Shown piece by piece: positions 10,027 through 19,010 of a DNA stretch of 64,000 nt. The stretch comes from Nitrospinota bacterium. Its GTDB lineage: Bacteria; Nitrospinota_A; UBA7883. The notes beneath the pieces were generated by a model. The model did no database searches, had not been told where the DNA came from, and saw only the letters and a program-made list of their open reading frames with translations. Numbering within the stretch: the first letter of the stretch is position 1; each line of letters begins with the position of its first letter. A program made the translations under genes and the position numbers. The DNA is taken from the NCBI GenBank assembly GCA_965223725.1, contig CBDCXE010000005.1:39268-103267 (forward strand), given 5' to 3'.

Positions 10027-10055
10027 TTGACATTTTTGGGCTACCCTTCTACCAT
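10027..10055 (+). promoter_or_regulatory. candidate sigma70-type promoter (TTGACA-17-TACCAT) abutting the first ATG of the metal operon
   Basis: -35 TTGACA at 10027-10032, a 17-nt spacer, then TACCAT at 10050-10055. The ATGs at 10062 and 10071 follow almost immediately, which implies a leaderless or very short-leader mRNA. Motif match only. Confidence 0.25.
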
Positions 10056-10061
10056 CATGCC

Positions 10062-10544
10062 ATGGGGTTAATGAAAAGATCGATCTACCTGCTTGTTGCA
10101 ACCTCTATGTTGCTTCTTCAGGCCTTTTCTGCGCCAGCTTCTGCACACAACCATAATCACAGCGATATGGTCATGGCTGGCTCTGCCGAGCACCATGCGC
10201 CATCCCGCCAAATGGGCAGTGCGAAGGCAGAATTAAAGGCCGTTGTCGATAAAATAAAGAGTGATGGCAGCGGCGCCACCTGCGCCCACAGCGGCGGCAA
10301 CGGGCTCTGCCTGTGCCATCTGAACAGCAGCCACAGCATGAAACATAGCGGCTGTTGCATCAAAAAATGCGGCAGCTCCCTGCCGGGTCATGACGGCGCG
10401 ACGCTCTATTCCGTACTGGATATAGATTCCGTACCGGAGAGCGCGACGACGGATATCGAAAATAAAACCAAATATTTGCCCCGCACCGAGCGACTCCAAT
10501 CTTTGATACATAATCTGGATCCGGACCCTCCACGTATTTCGTAA
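10062..10544 (+). CDS. secreted His/Cys-rich hypothetical protein (putative periplasmic metal-binding)
   Basis: Signal peptide (MKRSIYLLVATSMLLLQAFSAPASA), then HNHNHSDMVMAGSAEHH and CAHSGGNGLCLCHLNSSHSMKHSGCCIKKCG. I do not recognise the family. Confidence 0.6.
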   Translation: MGLMKRSIYLLVATSMLLLQAFSAPASAHNHNHSDMVMAGSAEHHAPSRQMGSAKAELKAVVDKIKSDGSGATCAHSGGNGLCLCHLNSSHSMKHSGCCIKKCGSSLPGHDGATLYSVLDIDSVPESATTDIENKTKYLPRTERLQSLIHNLDPDPPRIS

Positions 10545-10646
10545 TTCGATTCAATTTTTTTGGTTGGCGCTGCAAAAATCCCAACCAGGGGTAACTATGG
10601 ATAAATGCGCCTTTTCAAGTAAATTTCCATATTGGAGTATCGAATT

Positions 10647-11834
10647 ATGAGAAAAATTGCGCCACTATTCGTGGCAATTTATATTTTATTATTCGCACAA
10701 CATGCGTCTGCTTATGTAGGGTTGTGCTGTGGCAAGTGCGGCGGCAACATGCCGATGAACATCCTGGGCGCCGGCGTGCCGGAGACCCACGAGTTCCGGT
10801 TCAAAATAACCCCGATGTTCATGAACATGGATGGACTGCGCGACGGGACCAGCTCTGTCAACAGCGACAGTATCCTGATGCCTGCCATGAACATGGGCGG
10901 CATGGGCATGGGATCTGGAGGAACGAAGTATATGGCGGTCCCCACCAGCATGGATATGACCATGCTGAACATGGCGGCCGGCTACAGCTTCACCGACGAT
11001 TTTTTCGGCGGGATCATGTTTATGTGGCAAAAAAACAGCATGCCGATGAAGTTCAGCCCGATGATGCGCCAGATGCTGGGCACAGATGGGTTCAGCATGG
11101 AATCTTCCGGTATGGCCGACACCATGCTGATGACCAAATACCGGCTATACACCGACGACCCGATGATCCCCACAGAGCAGGCCTCGCTGTTCATGGGGCT
11201 CAGCCTGCCCACCGGTTCGATAAACGAAAAGAACGAAACCCACCCGGCCCCGGCGCGGCAGTCAGGGCAACTGCCCTACCCGATGCAGCTCGGCTCCGGT
11301 ACTTTCGACCCGATGATCGGCCTTGTGTATCAGGCCTCTACATCACCCTGGTGGTGGGGCGTGAACGCGATTTATACCGGCAGGTTCTACAAGAACTCCC
11401 GCGACTACAGCCTGGGCGACGAGTTCCGCCTGGACACCTATGCCATGTATCAGATGCGCTACGACCTGGTGGCGCAGATACAACTCAACGGCAGGGTGTG
11501 GGGCAAGATCGATGGCGAGATGGATGAGGCGATAAGCGGCGCGTCGGGGCGGATCGTGAAAGGTGACCCGACCTCCGGCTATACAACCCCCCGCTGGGAC
11601 CCGGATCATTATGGCGGGCAGAGCCTGATGACAACGCTCGGTCTGCAATGGCAGCCGATACCGCTGCATATCATCGACCTGAGCGTTGGCCTACCGTTGT
11701 ATCAGGACCTCAACGGCATCCAACTGGAAAAAAGTTACAGCGTGGCGCTGACCTGGTATATAGAGGTCCCCACACCGTCGAGCATCCGCTATACCGGCAA
11801 GAGGAAATCCACCAAAAGCAAGCTGGGATTTTAG
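10647..11834 (+). CDS. Met-rich outer-membrane beta-barrel protein (resembles the MetA-pathway/'transporter' OMP family)
   Basis: Signal peptide, then a CCGKCGG motif and Met-rich tracts (MNMGGMGMGSGG, MDMTMLNM, MPMKFSPMMRQM). It also has LSLPTGS...LGSGTFDP motifs, alternating beta-strand patterns and a C-terminal Phe. The ATG at 10647 has GGAG about 10 nt upstream; the track start at 10632 is TTG. Confidence 0.65.
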   Translation: MRKIAPLFVAIYILLFAQHASAYVGLCCGKCGGNMPMNILGAGVPETHEFRFKITPMFMNMDGLRDGTSSVNSDSILMPAMNMGGMGMGSGGTKYMAVPTSMDMTMLNMAAGYSFTDDFFGGIMFMWQKNSMPMKFSPMMRQMLGTDGFSMESSGMADTMLMTKYRLYTDDPMIPTEQASLFMGLSLPTGSINEKNETHPAPARQSGQLPYPMQLGSGTFDPMIGLVYQASTSPWWWGVNAIYTGRFYKNSRDYSLGDEFRLDTYAMYQMRYDLVAQIQLNGRVWGKIDGEMDEAISGASGRIVKGDPTSGYTTPRWDPDHYGGQSLMTTLGLQWQPIPLHIIDLSVGLPLYQDLNGIQLEKSYSVALTWYIEVPTPSSIRYTGKRKSTKSKLGF

Positions 11835-11849
11835 GAAGGAGGTTGAATT

Positions 11850-12125
11850 ATGAAACAGCTTTTTATGGTTATGACCCTTCTGATAGTGGCAGGTTGCGCG
11901 GTGCATATGACGCCGATCCCGGACCCTCAATCGAGTGAGGCGACGCTGTATGCGGACCGGTGCGGCGCCTGCCACTCTATCCCCCATCCAAAGCGCCATA
12001 CCTATGAACAGTGGAAGCATATGGTGGAGGTGATGGACAGGGCGCGCGACCACGAAGGTATGCCAGCGCTGGCTGATGATGAAAAGGAGAAAATCCTCGC
12101 TTATCTGAAAACCAATTCCAGGTAG
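11850..12125 (+). CDS. small lipoprotein with a single CxxCH heme-c motif (cytochrome c-like)
   Basis: Lipobox LIVAGC, then CGACHS. 91 aa, with GGAGG upstream. Confidence 0.6.
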   Translation: MKQLFMVMTLLIVAGCAVHMTPIPDPQSSEATLYADRCGACHSIPHPKRHTYEQWKHMVEVMDRARDHEGMPALADDEKEKILAYLKTNSR

Positions 12126-12134
12126 GAGGGTGTA

Positions 12135-12680
12135 ATGACAATATTTCGCGTCATATTTCTGGCAGTTGCTGGAATTGCGTTGTTACCGATATTGGGCGGT
12201 GGCGCATATGGCGCAGAGATGGTTCATGGCGCGCAGATTACCAAGCCAACAACCAGGGTGGAGGCTCCTTCCTTCACCCTGAATAACCTTGATAGCGGCG
12301 TGGTCAGCCTGGCTGATTATAAGGGTAAAGTAGTGTTGATCCATTTCTGGGCCACATGGTGCGCCCCGTGCCGGGAAGAAATGCCGGAACTGGTGAGCAT
12401 ATGGAACAAAAACAAGGCTCGCGGTCTTGTCATTCTGGCGGTATCGGCGGATCGTGGCTCGGTCGACCTGGTCCGCAAATTCCGTGATGAATATCAAATG
12501 ACGTTCCCAGTGCTGCTTGATCCGGAGGGCGCCGTTAGAAAAGAATATGAGGTGGAGGCGCTGCCTGTCACATACCTGGTCGGCAGGGATGGCAAAATCA
12601 GCGGCCGGGTGATAGGTTCTACTAAATGGAGTGGGGAGGACGTACGCAATGTTATAGAAGATATAATGTCGGGTGAATAA
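12135..12680 (+). CDS. TlpA/ResA-like periplasmic thiol:disulfide oxidoreductase (thioredoxin fold)
   Basis: N-terminal membrane anchor. HFWATWCAPCREEMP contains the WCxPC active site of the redoxin/AhpC-TSA family. Confidence 0.85.
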   Translation: MTIFRVIFLAVAGIALLPILGGGAYGAEMVHGAQITKPTTRVEAPSFTLNNLDSGVVSLADYKGKVVLIHFWATWCAPCREEMPELVSIWNKNKARGLVILAVSADRGSVDLVRKFRDEYQMTFPVLLDPEGAVRKEYEVEALPVTYLVGRDGKISGRVIGSTKWSGEDVRNVIEDIMSGE

Positions 12681-12805
12681 TTAAAACTTCTGATAAGCTC
12701 GTTTGAACGCTGTTTACCGTTTCTTTTTAGGCTGTAAACCCTTATAATGCAAGATAGATAAGTAATTAACCAATACCAGGCAACTATACGGTGAGATGAA
12801 ATAAA

Positions 12806-13537
12806 ATGAGTGACCCGAGGGTAAAAGAGAGCACGCTGGACCTGAGTTTTTATCGCGATTGGGTGGCCAAGCGTGAATCTGCTTTGGCGAAAGATAAAAA
12901 AAGAACCAACTACTTCGTTACAGTTTCCCGTGAGTATGGATGTGAAGGCTATAATCTGGCGCTGAAACTTGTGGAGCGGATCAATGAAAAAGCCGATACC
13001 CCTTGGACTCTGTTTACCCATGACATGATCACAGAGATGATATCCAGTGAAGAAGTTCCGGCTGATATGGTGGATGAAATTTCTGAAACAAGATGGTCCT
13101 ATAGCGACTGGTTCGCCGATGCGCTGGTGCCAAAATATTTGCAGTCGCAATCCACCCAGGTGTTCGAAAGCACACGTAACCTTATATTGAACCTGATAGA
13201 TAAAGGCAACTGCGTATTGCTCGGTTCAGGGGCCCAGATCATCTCCCATGCGCTCGACCCACGCAAGTTTTACGGGGTTCATGTTCGCGTGGCCGCTTCA
13301 ACCAAATGGAAAGTCGCCAGGATGGAGAAAATATATGATATGACAATAGGCGATGCGGAGCGCACCCTTAACGAGAACCAGGATCAGCGAAACCAGTTTA
13401 TTACCGATTTCACCGGATTAAAGGCGGACGATCCATCGCTGTACAATATGATATTTAATAACGCCAAAAACACACCAGAGCTGATGGCGGATGTAACCCT
13501 GGAATATCTGAGATTAAAAGGCGCCTTCGAAGAGTAG
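12806..13537 (+). CDS. cytidylate kinase-like family protein (AAA/P-loop-like, uncharacterised)
   Basis: VTVSREYGCEGYNLA at the position of the P-loop-like segment, and the ~240 aa length, recall the cytidylate-kinase-like family. Assignment from memory only. Confidence 0.45.
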   Translation: MSDPRVKESTLDLSFYRDWVAKRESALAKDKKRTNYFVTVSREYGCEGYNLALKLVERINEKADTPWTLFTHDMITEMISSEEVPADMVDEISETRWSYSDWFADALVPKYLQSQSTQVFESTRNLILNLIDKGNCVLLGSGAQIISHALDPRKFYGVHVRVAASTKWKVARMEKIYDMTIGDAERTLNENQDQRNQFITDFTGLKADDPSLYNMIFNNAKNTPELMADVTLEYLRLKGAFEE

Positions 13538-13778
13538 CTGGCGTGGCCAGTTCAAATACCCTGTCGGGACAGGCGGGTATGCCCATCTGATTCTTATCCA
13601 ACTTGACCGGCCCTTTCATTCATATAAGACCGCAGGCAGTGAGCTTTAACGAACCCTTCCTGCGCGACAAGAAAGGAACCTCCGCCCACGCGACAGCGTC
13701 ACCCGCGGTGGCCGCGCCACCGCGTCAGCGTAACTGGTCTGCCCACGGCAGTGCTCACGGCAGGCGCCACAATGGCGC

Positions 13779-15008
13779 CTAGTGGCCGAGGACAGCTCCG
13801 CCCGCCGCTTCCTCCACAGAGATGACCTCGCCCTTGTGCCGGTCCCATAACGGCGAAATTTCGCGGATCATATTGATGATCCGAGGCAGATGCGCCATCA
13901 CATGATCCACGTCTTCCTTCGTGTTCTGGTGGCTAAAGGAGAACCGGAGGCTGCCATGGATAATCTCGTGCGGGATGCCCATCGCCATCAACACATGGGA
14001 TGGGTCGAGCGAACCGGAGCTGCAGGCGGAGCCGGTGGAAATGGCGATCCCCGCCATATCGAGGTTGATCAACAACGCCTCGCCCTCCACACATTCGAAA
14101 CTGATGTTCACAGTGTTCGGTGTGCGTTTTTCCGGATGACCGTTCAGCCGCACATACGGTATCTCTTCCATAATTCTCTTCTGCAGATCGTCGCGCAACG
14201 CCGCGGTGTGCCGGGCCGCTTCTTCCATATGGGCCATGCCGATCTTCACCGCCTCGGCGAACCCGACAATGCCGGAGACGTTTTCCGTGCCCGCCCGTTT
14301 GCCCCGCTCGTGATGGCCGCCGGTGAGCAGGGTATGCATCTTTGTGCCTTTGCGGATATATATCGCCCCCACACCCTTCGGCGCGCCCACCTTGTGGCCG
14401 GAGACGGATAGCATATCCACGCCCAGGTCGTTCACATCGACCGGTATCTTGCAGAACGTCTGCACAGCGTCGCAATGCATCCCGGCGCCGGCGCCTTTGA
14501 CGATTTCGGTGATCTCCTTGATCGGCTGGATCGTGCCGACCTCGTTGTTGGCGTGCATGATGGAGGCCATGATCACATCGTCGCCCATGGCCACGCGGAC
14601 CGCCTCTGGATCGACCATTGCGTCGGAATCGACATCGACATGGGTGGCTTTAAAACCGTTTTTCGACAGATATTTCACAACCTCCAGCACTGCAGGGTGC
14701 TCTATGGTGCAGGTAATCAACCGGTCTTTCATATCGGTTTTATGCGCCCAGGCGTAACCTTTGATGGCCATGTTGTCCGACTCCGTCCCGCCGCTGGTGA
14801 AAAACAGTTCAGATGGATCTGCGCCCATGGCCTCGGCCACGATCTCTCTGCATTCGGCTATTTTCGCTTTTACAAAGCGACCGAATTGATGACCCGATGA
14901 CGGGTTTCCGTAATAGGTACGGAGGTATGGAAGCATGGCGTCCACCACTTCCGGATATATTTCTGTGGTCGCGTTATGGTCCAGGTAGACACGTTTCGGT
15001 TCGTTCAT
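13779..15008 (-). CDS. nifS: cysteine desulfurase (NifS/IscS class V aminotransferase)
   Basis: YLDHNATT, SGHKVGAPKGVGAIYIR (PLP lysine) and STGSACSSG (active-site Cys loop). Confidence 0.9.
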   Translation of the reverse strand: MNEPKRVYLDHNATTEIYPEVVDAMLPYLRTYYGNPSSGHQFGRFVKAKIAECREIVAEAMGADPSELFFTSGGTESDNMAIKGYAWAHKTDMKDRLITCTIEHPAVLEVVKYLSKNGFKATHVDVDSDAMVDPEAVRVAMGDDVIMASIMHANNEVGTIQPIKEITEIVKGAGAGMHCDAVQTFCKIPVDVNDLGVDMLSVSGHKVGAPKGVGAIYIRKGTKMHTLLTGGHHERGKRAGTENVSGIVGFAEAVKIGMAHMEEAARHTAALRDDLQKRIMEEIPYVRLNGHPEKRTPNTVNISFECVEGEALLINLDMAGIAISTGSACSSGSLDPSHVLMAMGIPHEIIHGSLRFSFSHQNTKEDVDHVMAHLPRIINMIREISPLWDRHKGEVISVEEAAGGAVLGH

Positions 15009-15073
15009 AATATATTCTCCACTTGTTCAATCTCCAGTTCACGAGCCTCGATCACAAGCTGTTTAAGCGGCGG

Positions 15074-16090
15074 TTATATCCGCCACGAGTTTATCTGCTT
15101 TTCCGGGGCGGGCGTCGCCGATCCGGCCCATGCTCCGCCACCTTTTTTTCGTCTATATTCTATTTTAACAGAATCTCCGTTGATTCCCTTACAGTATCGC
15201 GCGACGAGGCTGAATATGTCATCCAGGTCACCGTTACCGAAAGAGCCCTTCGCCACGCTCAACGGGCCGCGGACATCCTCATGGGCCGGATAGAACAGAA
15301 AATCGTCCGGGCCGGCCAGTTTCTCCAGTTTGTCGTTTTCGCCCTCATCCCGGCTGACGATAACCTTCAGGTTTTCCGATATCCGAAAATGCCGCCCGAT
15401 CCGCAGAAACCGCGCGTCCTTCACCGATGCGGTGTCGTCGTTGTCCAGCAGGTCACGCATTCTGTCGGCGAAATGCGGGTCGGTCAGCAGGCAACCACCA
15501 GAGGAGCATAGGTTTTCCGTCATGCCATAGTCATCCTTGGCGATGCGGATTTGCTCCTTCCTAGACCTGCCACGGATATCGAGCATTTTTTCACGGTCGA
15601 TCAGGCCGTCCTTTTCCGGGATGGTTGGTTTCAACAGTTTTGCGCTCAACGGCCGGACCACATAGCCTTGCAGGCCTGCCTCCCGGTCGATCAGCGCCAT
15701 GCGGTCGATCTTTTGCGACATCGGCCTCTGGCCCACCACCTCGCCGGTGAATATGAACGCGGCGCCGATCTCTTCCATCACCTCTTTGGCGCGCCGGAAG
15801 ATCATGATCCGGCAATCGATGCAAGGGTTCATGTTTTTCCCATAGCCGAAGCGGGGGTTGCGCACGATCTCTATATATTCCTTGCCCATGAACTCGACCC
15901 GCGCCTCTATGCCCAGCTCGTCAGAGAGCCGTTTGGCCTCGTTTTTACAGCCATGGTCCTGCCGAGTGCAGGTGCAAAACGGGCTGGAAAAGTTCAGCGC
16001 CGTCACCTCGAACCCGAGGGATATCATGATCCGGGTGGCCAGCGCGCTGTCTAACCCGCCGGATAACAGTCCTAATGCCTTTACCGCCAA
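15074..16090 (-). CDS. PP-loop ATP pyrophosphatase, ThiI/MnmA-like tRNA sulfurtransferase
   Basis: SGGLDS PP-loop and NPCIDCR motif, directly downstream of nifS-type desulfurase context. I prefer the TTG at 16090 (AAAGAGGA 4 nt upstream) over the track start 16156, which overlaps the upstream gene. Confidence 0.65.
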   Translation of the reverse strand: MAVKALGLLSGGLDSALATRIMISLGFEVTALNFSSPFCTCTRQDHGCKNEAKRLSDELGIEARVEFMGKEYIEIVRNPRFGYGKNMNPCIDCRIMIFRRAKEVMEEIGAAFIFTGEVVGQRPMSQKIDRMALIDREAGLQGYVVRPLSAKLLKPTIPEKDGLIDREKMLDIRGRSRKEQIRIAKDDYGMTENLCSSGGCLLTDPHFADRMRDLLDNDDTASVKDARFLRIGRHFRISENLKVIVSRDEGENDKLEKLAGPDDFLFYPAHEDVRGPLSVAKGSFGNGDLDDIFSLVARYCKGINGDSVKIEYRRKKGGGAWAGSATPAPEKQINSWRI

Positions 16091-16107
16091 TTGATCCTCT
16101 TTCTGTT

Positions 16108-17121
16108 TTAATAAAGTATTTCTATATACGACTGTTCGCGTAATCGCTCCATCCAAGCCCTTCTTCGAACCTGGTAGCTATCGTTCTGCAGTTTCTGGCC
16201 GATCTCTTTGGAAACTTCATCCAGTGGAAGCAGCGCCGCTTTCTCTTTATCGGTCACCTTGATTATATGAAAACCAAACTGTGTATGCACCGGTCCACCG
16301 ATTTCCCCCACGTCCAGTGCAAACGCTTTGTCCTCGAAATCCTGCAGCATCTCACCTCTGCTGAACCAGCCCAGGTCACCCCCTTTTTTCGCTGAGCCAT
16401 CCTGGGAATAGGTCGCCGCGGTCTCGGCGAAATCTGTGCCATTGCGTAACTCATCCATAATCTTTTCGATTTTCTCCCTGGCCTGTTCGACTTCGCCCTC
16501 GCCAGAGTCTTCCGTGGCCAGCAGAACGATATGGCTGGCGCGGATCCGGCCAGATTTTACAAACCGCTCCCTGTGCCGGTTATAGTATTCCTCCACTTCC
16601 TTCTGCGTTGCCGGGACCGGGGGCACCTCCACGCCAGACACTTTCTGGATCAGCAGTTGCTTTTCCAGGGTCTCCCGATATTTCTCCAACGATGTGCCTT
16701 GCTGTTTTAGTGTCATTTTTAATGTTTCATCGGTCATCTTATTCTGCGTCTTCACCCGTTCAATAGCCTGGTCGATCTCGGTTTGTGTTACACTCAGGTT
16801 TTTGAACCTGGCATAATATGTGATGATTTTTTCATCAATAAAATTCTGCAAGACGGCCTCTTGTGTCAGGCTTTCTTCCGGTATCTGCACCACCCCCTGT
16901 TCCTTGAACCGTCTCATCGTCGCAATTTGCTGGTTCAGGTCGGAGAGCAGGATGATCTCACCATTCACATTGGCCACTATCCGGTCGATAACTGTGGCGG
17001 AGGAGGCGCTAGCGTAACCTGCAACCAGGCCGACTGTCAGCGCAATGATCAGAGCGAGATACGAGCCAGCAGATCGTTGTTCAGCTTTATTGGTGTTTTT
17101 TCCTTTATCCGGGCAACCCAT
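16108..17121 (-). CDS. SurA-like periplasmic chaperone / parvulin peptidyl-prolyl isomerase
   Basis: Signal anchor, SurA N-terminal-like region, and a parvulin domain (ASHIVL...GGDLGWFSRGEM...GFHIIKV). Confidence 0.75.
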   Translation of the reverse strand: MGCPDKGKNTNKAEQRSAGSYLALIIALTVGLVAGYASASSATVIDRIVANVNGEIILLSDLNQQIATMRRFKEQGVVQIPEESLTQEAVLQNFIDEKIITYYARFKNLSVTQTEIDQAIERVKTQNKMTDETLKMTLKQQGTSLEKYRETLEKQLLIQKVSGVEVPPVPATQKEVEEYYNRHRERFVKSGRIRASHIVLLATEDSGEGEVEQAREKIEKIMDELRNGTDFAETAATYSQDGSAKKGGDLGWFSRGEMLQDFEDKAFALDVGEIGGPVHTQFGFHIIKVTDKEKAALLPLDEVSKEIGQKLQNDSYQVRRRAWMERLREQSYIEILY

Positions 17122-18074
17122 TTTTTAAATTCCTTTTCACGTTCCTTTTCCAGAAGCAGCTTCAGTATACCGGCTTTTGCCTCGGAGTATGTCATCTGGC
17201 GGGATTTTTCCCGTTTTGCAACCTTGAAAATATGGAACCCGTATATAGATTCCACCACTTGCGATATCTGACCTTTTTTAAGGTCAAAAACTGCGTCTTC
17301 AAATTCCGGCGGCAATTGTCCCCGGCTGAAAAACCCTAAATCACCACCATTAACAGCGTCCGGGCTCAGCGAGCTTTCCTTTGCTATTTTAGCAAAGTCG
17401 CCCTTGCGCAGGAGCGCTTTTCTTATTTGCTCCGCCTTGGTTTCGTCATTGACCATGATCTGCAGCACCATCACACGCTCTGGCCAGGCGAACTGGTCGC
17501 GGTTCTGTTTGAAGTAGTCAGAAGTCTGCTTGGCGTTGATTTTTATTTTGGAGTCTATCTCGCTGGCCACCAGTTTTTTTATCCGCAGCCCTCTCTCCAC
17601 ATCCTTTTTCCACTGGTCGAAGTCGATCCCGCTATTACTGAGCTCCAGCCCTAGCCTGGTCTTCTCATATTCACCCAGCAAGGCTTTCATCTCTTCATCC
17701 AGCTCTTCCTTTGATATGGTGATTCCTCTTTTTTTCGCTTCCATATCCATCAAGGTTTCGTCGATCAGCTTGAACAGGATGAATTTTTTTAGCCGTATGT
17801 TATCGGTGGAATCGCCAGACTCTTTCAAGTCTAGGAAGGCCCTGTGCCGTTCAAACTCTTTTTCCAGCATCTGCCTTGTAATCTGCTCGGAGCCAATGGT
17901 AACGGCCACGTCCGATTCTTGAACAGGCTGAAACACTTTCTTGCCATCTTGTGGCTGACAGGCGGAAAATGTAATCAACAAAATAGCGAAAACCAGCCCA
18001 GTCACAGCTTGGGCGTTATTTTGCCGTTTTGCCATTTTGCAACGTATGCTACTTTGTCGATGGAGATTTTTCAT
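17049..18074 (-). CDS. parvulin-type peptidyl-prolyl isomerase (PrsA/PpiD/SurA-like)
   Basis: Signal anchor and parvulin motifs GGDLGFFSRGQLPPEF...YGFHIFKV. Confidence 0.7.
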   Translation of the reverse strand: MKNLHRQSSIRCKMAKRQNNAQAVTGLVFAILLITFSACQPQDGKKVFQPVQESDVAVTIGSEQITRQMLEKEFERHRAFLDLKESGDSTDNIRLKKFILFKLIDETLMDMEAKKRGITISKEELDEEMKALLGEYEKTRLGLELSNSGIDFDQWKKDVERGLRIKKLVASEIDSKIKINAKQTSDYFKQNRDQFAWPERVMVLQIMVNDETKAEQIRKALLRKGDFAKIAKESSLSPDAVNGGDLGFFSRGQLPPEFEDAVFDLKKGQISQVVESIYGFHIFKVAKREKSRQMTYSEAKAGILKLLLEKEREKEFKKWVARIKEKTPIKLNNDLLARISL

Positions 18075-18152
18075 ATTTTCATTCTATATGCTTCCCCGCT
18101 GTGCTTGCCAGGAATTGATTATCATATAAAGGCGCTTGTCCAGTGGGCGAGG

Positions 18153-18842
18153 TTATTTTGATTTAGGCAGATTTTCCGCAAACCCTTGGTATGATTTTTG
18201 TAAAACTTTTATCCTGCTTGGCGGATCAGGATAATACATTCGTATTGAAGTATTACCGGGGGGTATATTGTACATTTTATATTCTGATATCTTAGTATGG
18301 ATCGATCCATCCCACACGAGCTGGCCGGTTTTCAGATCAAATATATTGTATTGTGTATCTACTTCCCGCTGGGTTTCCATATTATATTTCCGCCCATACT
18401 TTTTGCTATTTTTTACAGGGATCTCATTTCTTTTGGTCGATTTTCTGAATATGTCCGGTCGCGCAAAAACCATATATGAAGCCCCAAATTTACAACCCCT
18501 TACCCTGCGAAGAGAATTACCCGATATTTTTGATTTATACAACCACTCTTCCATCATTTTGTTATACGCCGCGCCACCCATTTTATTTTTCAGGCTGTCC
18601 CGGCTAACCACAGAAATGCCAGCGACATTTTTTTCCAGGGCGGCTTTCAGCTCTGATGCGAAGTATCGGGAATCCCTTTTTGTAAACTGATCAACCGACG
18701 AATCAACACCACCAACAATCAGAGGCGATGATAGCAGCGCCTGGCTGGTAAAAGAAGGATCAACCCTCAGGTTGGAGACATGTGTTTGGCACGCAAACCC
18801 AGTGAAAACAAGCAGTATTAAGGGCAGATAAATTGGTCGCAT
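18153..18842 (-). CDS. hypothetical secreted protein or lipoprotein
   Basis: N-terminal signal sequence MRPIYLPLILLVFTGFAC. No recognisable family. Confidence 0.5.
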   Translation of the reverse strand: MRPIYLPLILLVFTGFACQTHVSNLRVDPSFTSQALLSSPLIVGGVDSSVDQFTKRDSRYFASELKAALEKNVAGISVVSRDSLKNKMGGAAYNKMMEEWLYKSKISGNSLRRVRGCKFGASYMVFARPDIFRKSTKRNEIPVKNSKKYGRKYNMETQREVDTQYNIFDLKTGQLVWDGSIHTKISEYKMYNIPPGNTSIRMYYPDPPSRIKVLQKSYQGFAENLPKSK

Positions 18843-19010
18843 GGCTGATATATTACCATTGCTGGTTTATATCATCAAACAATAATACAATTTTGTAAAG
18901 AACATCAGCTTACTGGTTTTACTTGAGTGAAATATTGCTGTTAGACTGATTTTTATTGCCTGACAACGATTATTCACGTATCGTAAATGGATGGAAGATA
19001 AAATGGGTAA

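Noticed and set aside
12494-13150. 218-aa minus-strand ORF spanning the TlpA 3' end, the intergenic region and the start of the cytidylate-kinase-like gene
   Set aside because: It overlaps two better-supported plus-strand genes. Its sequence has no motifs and an odd composition, so it is probably a chance open frame in an AT-richer stretch.
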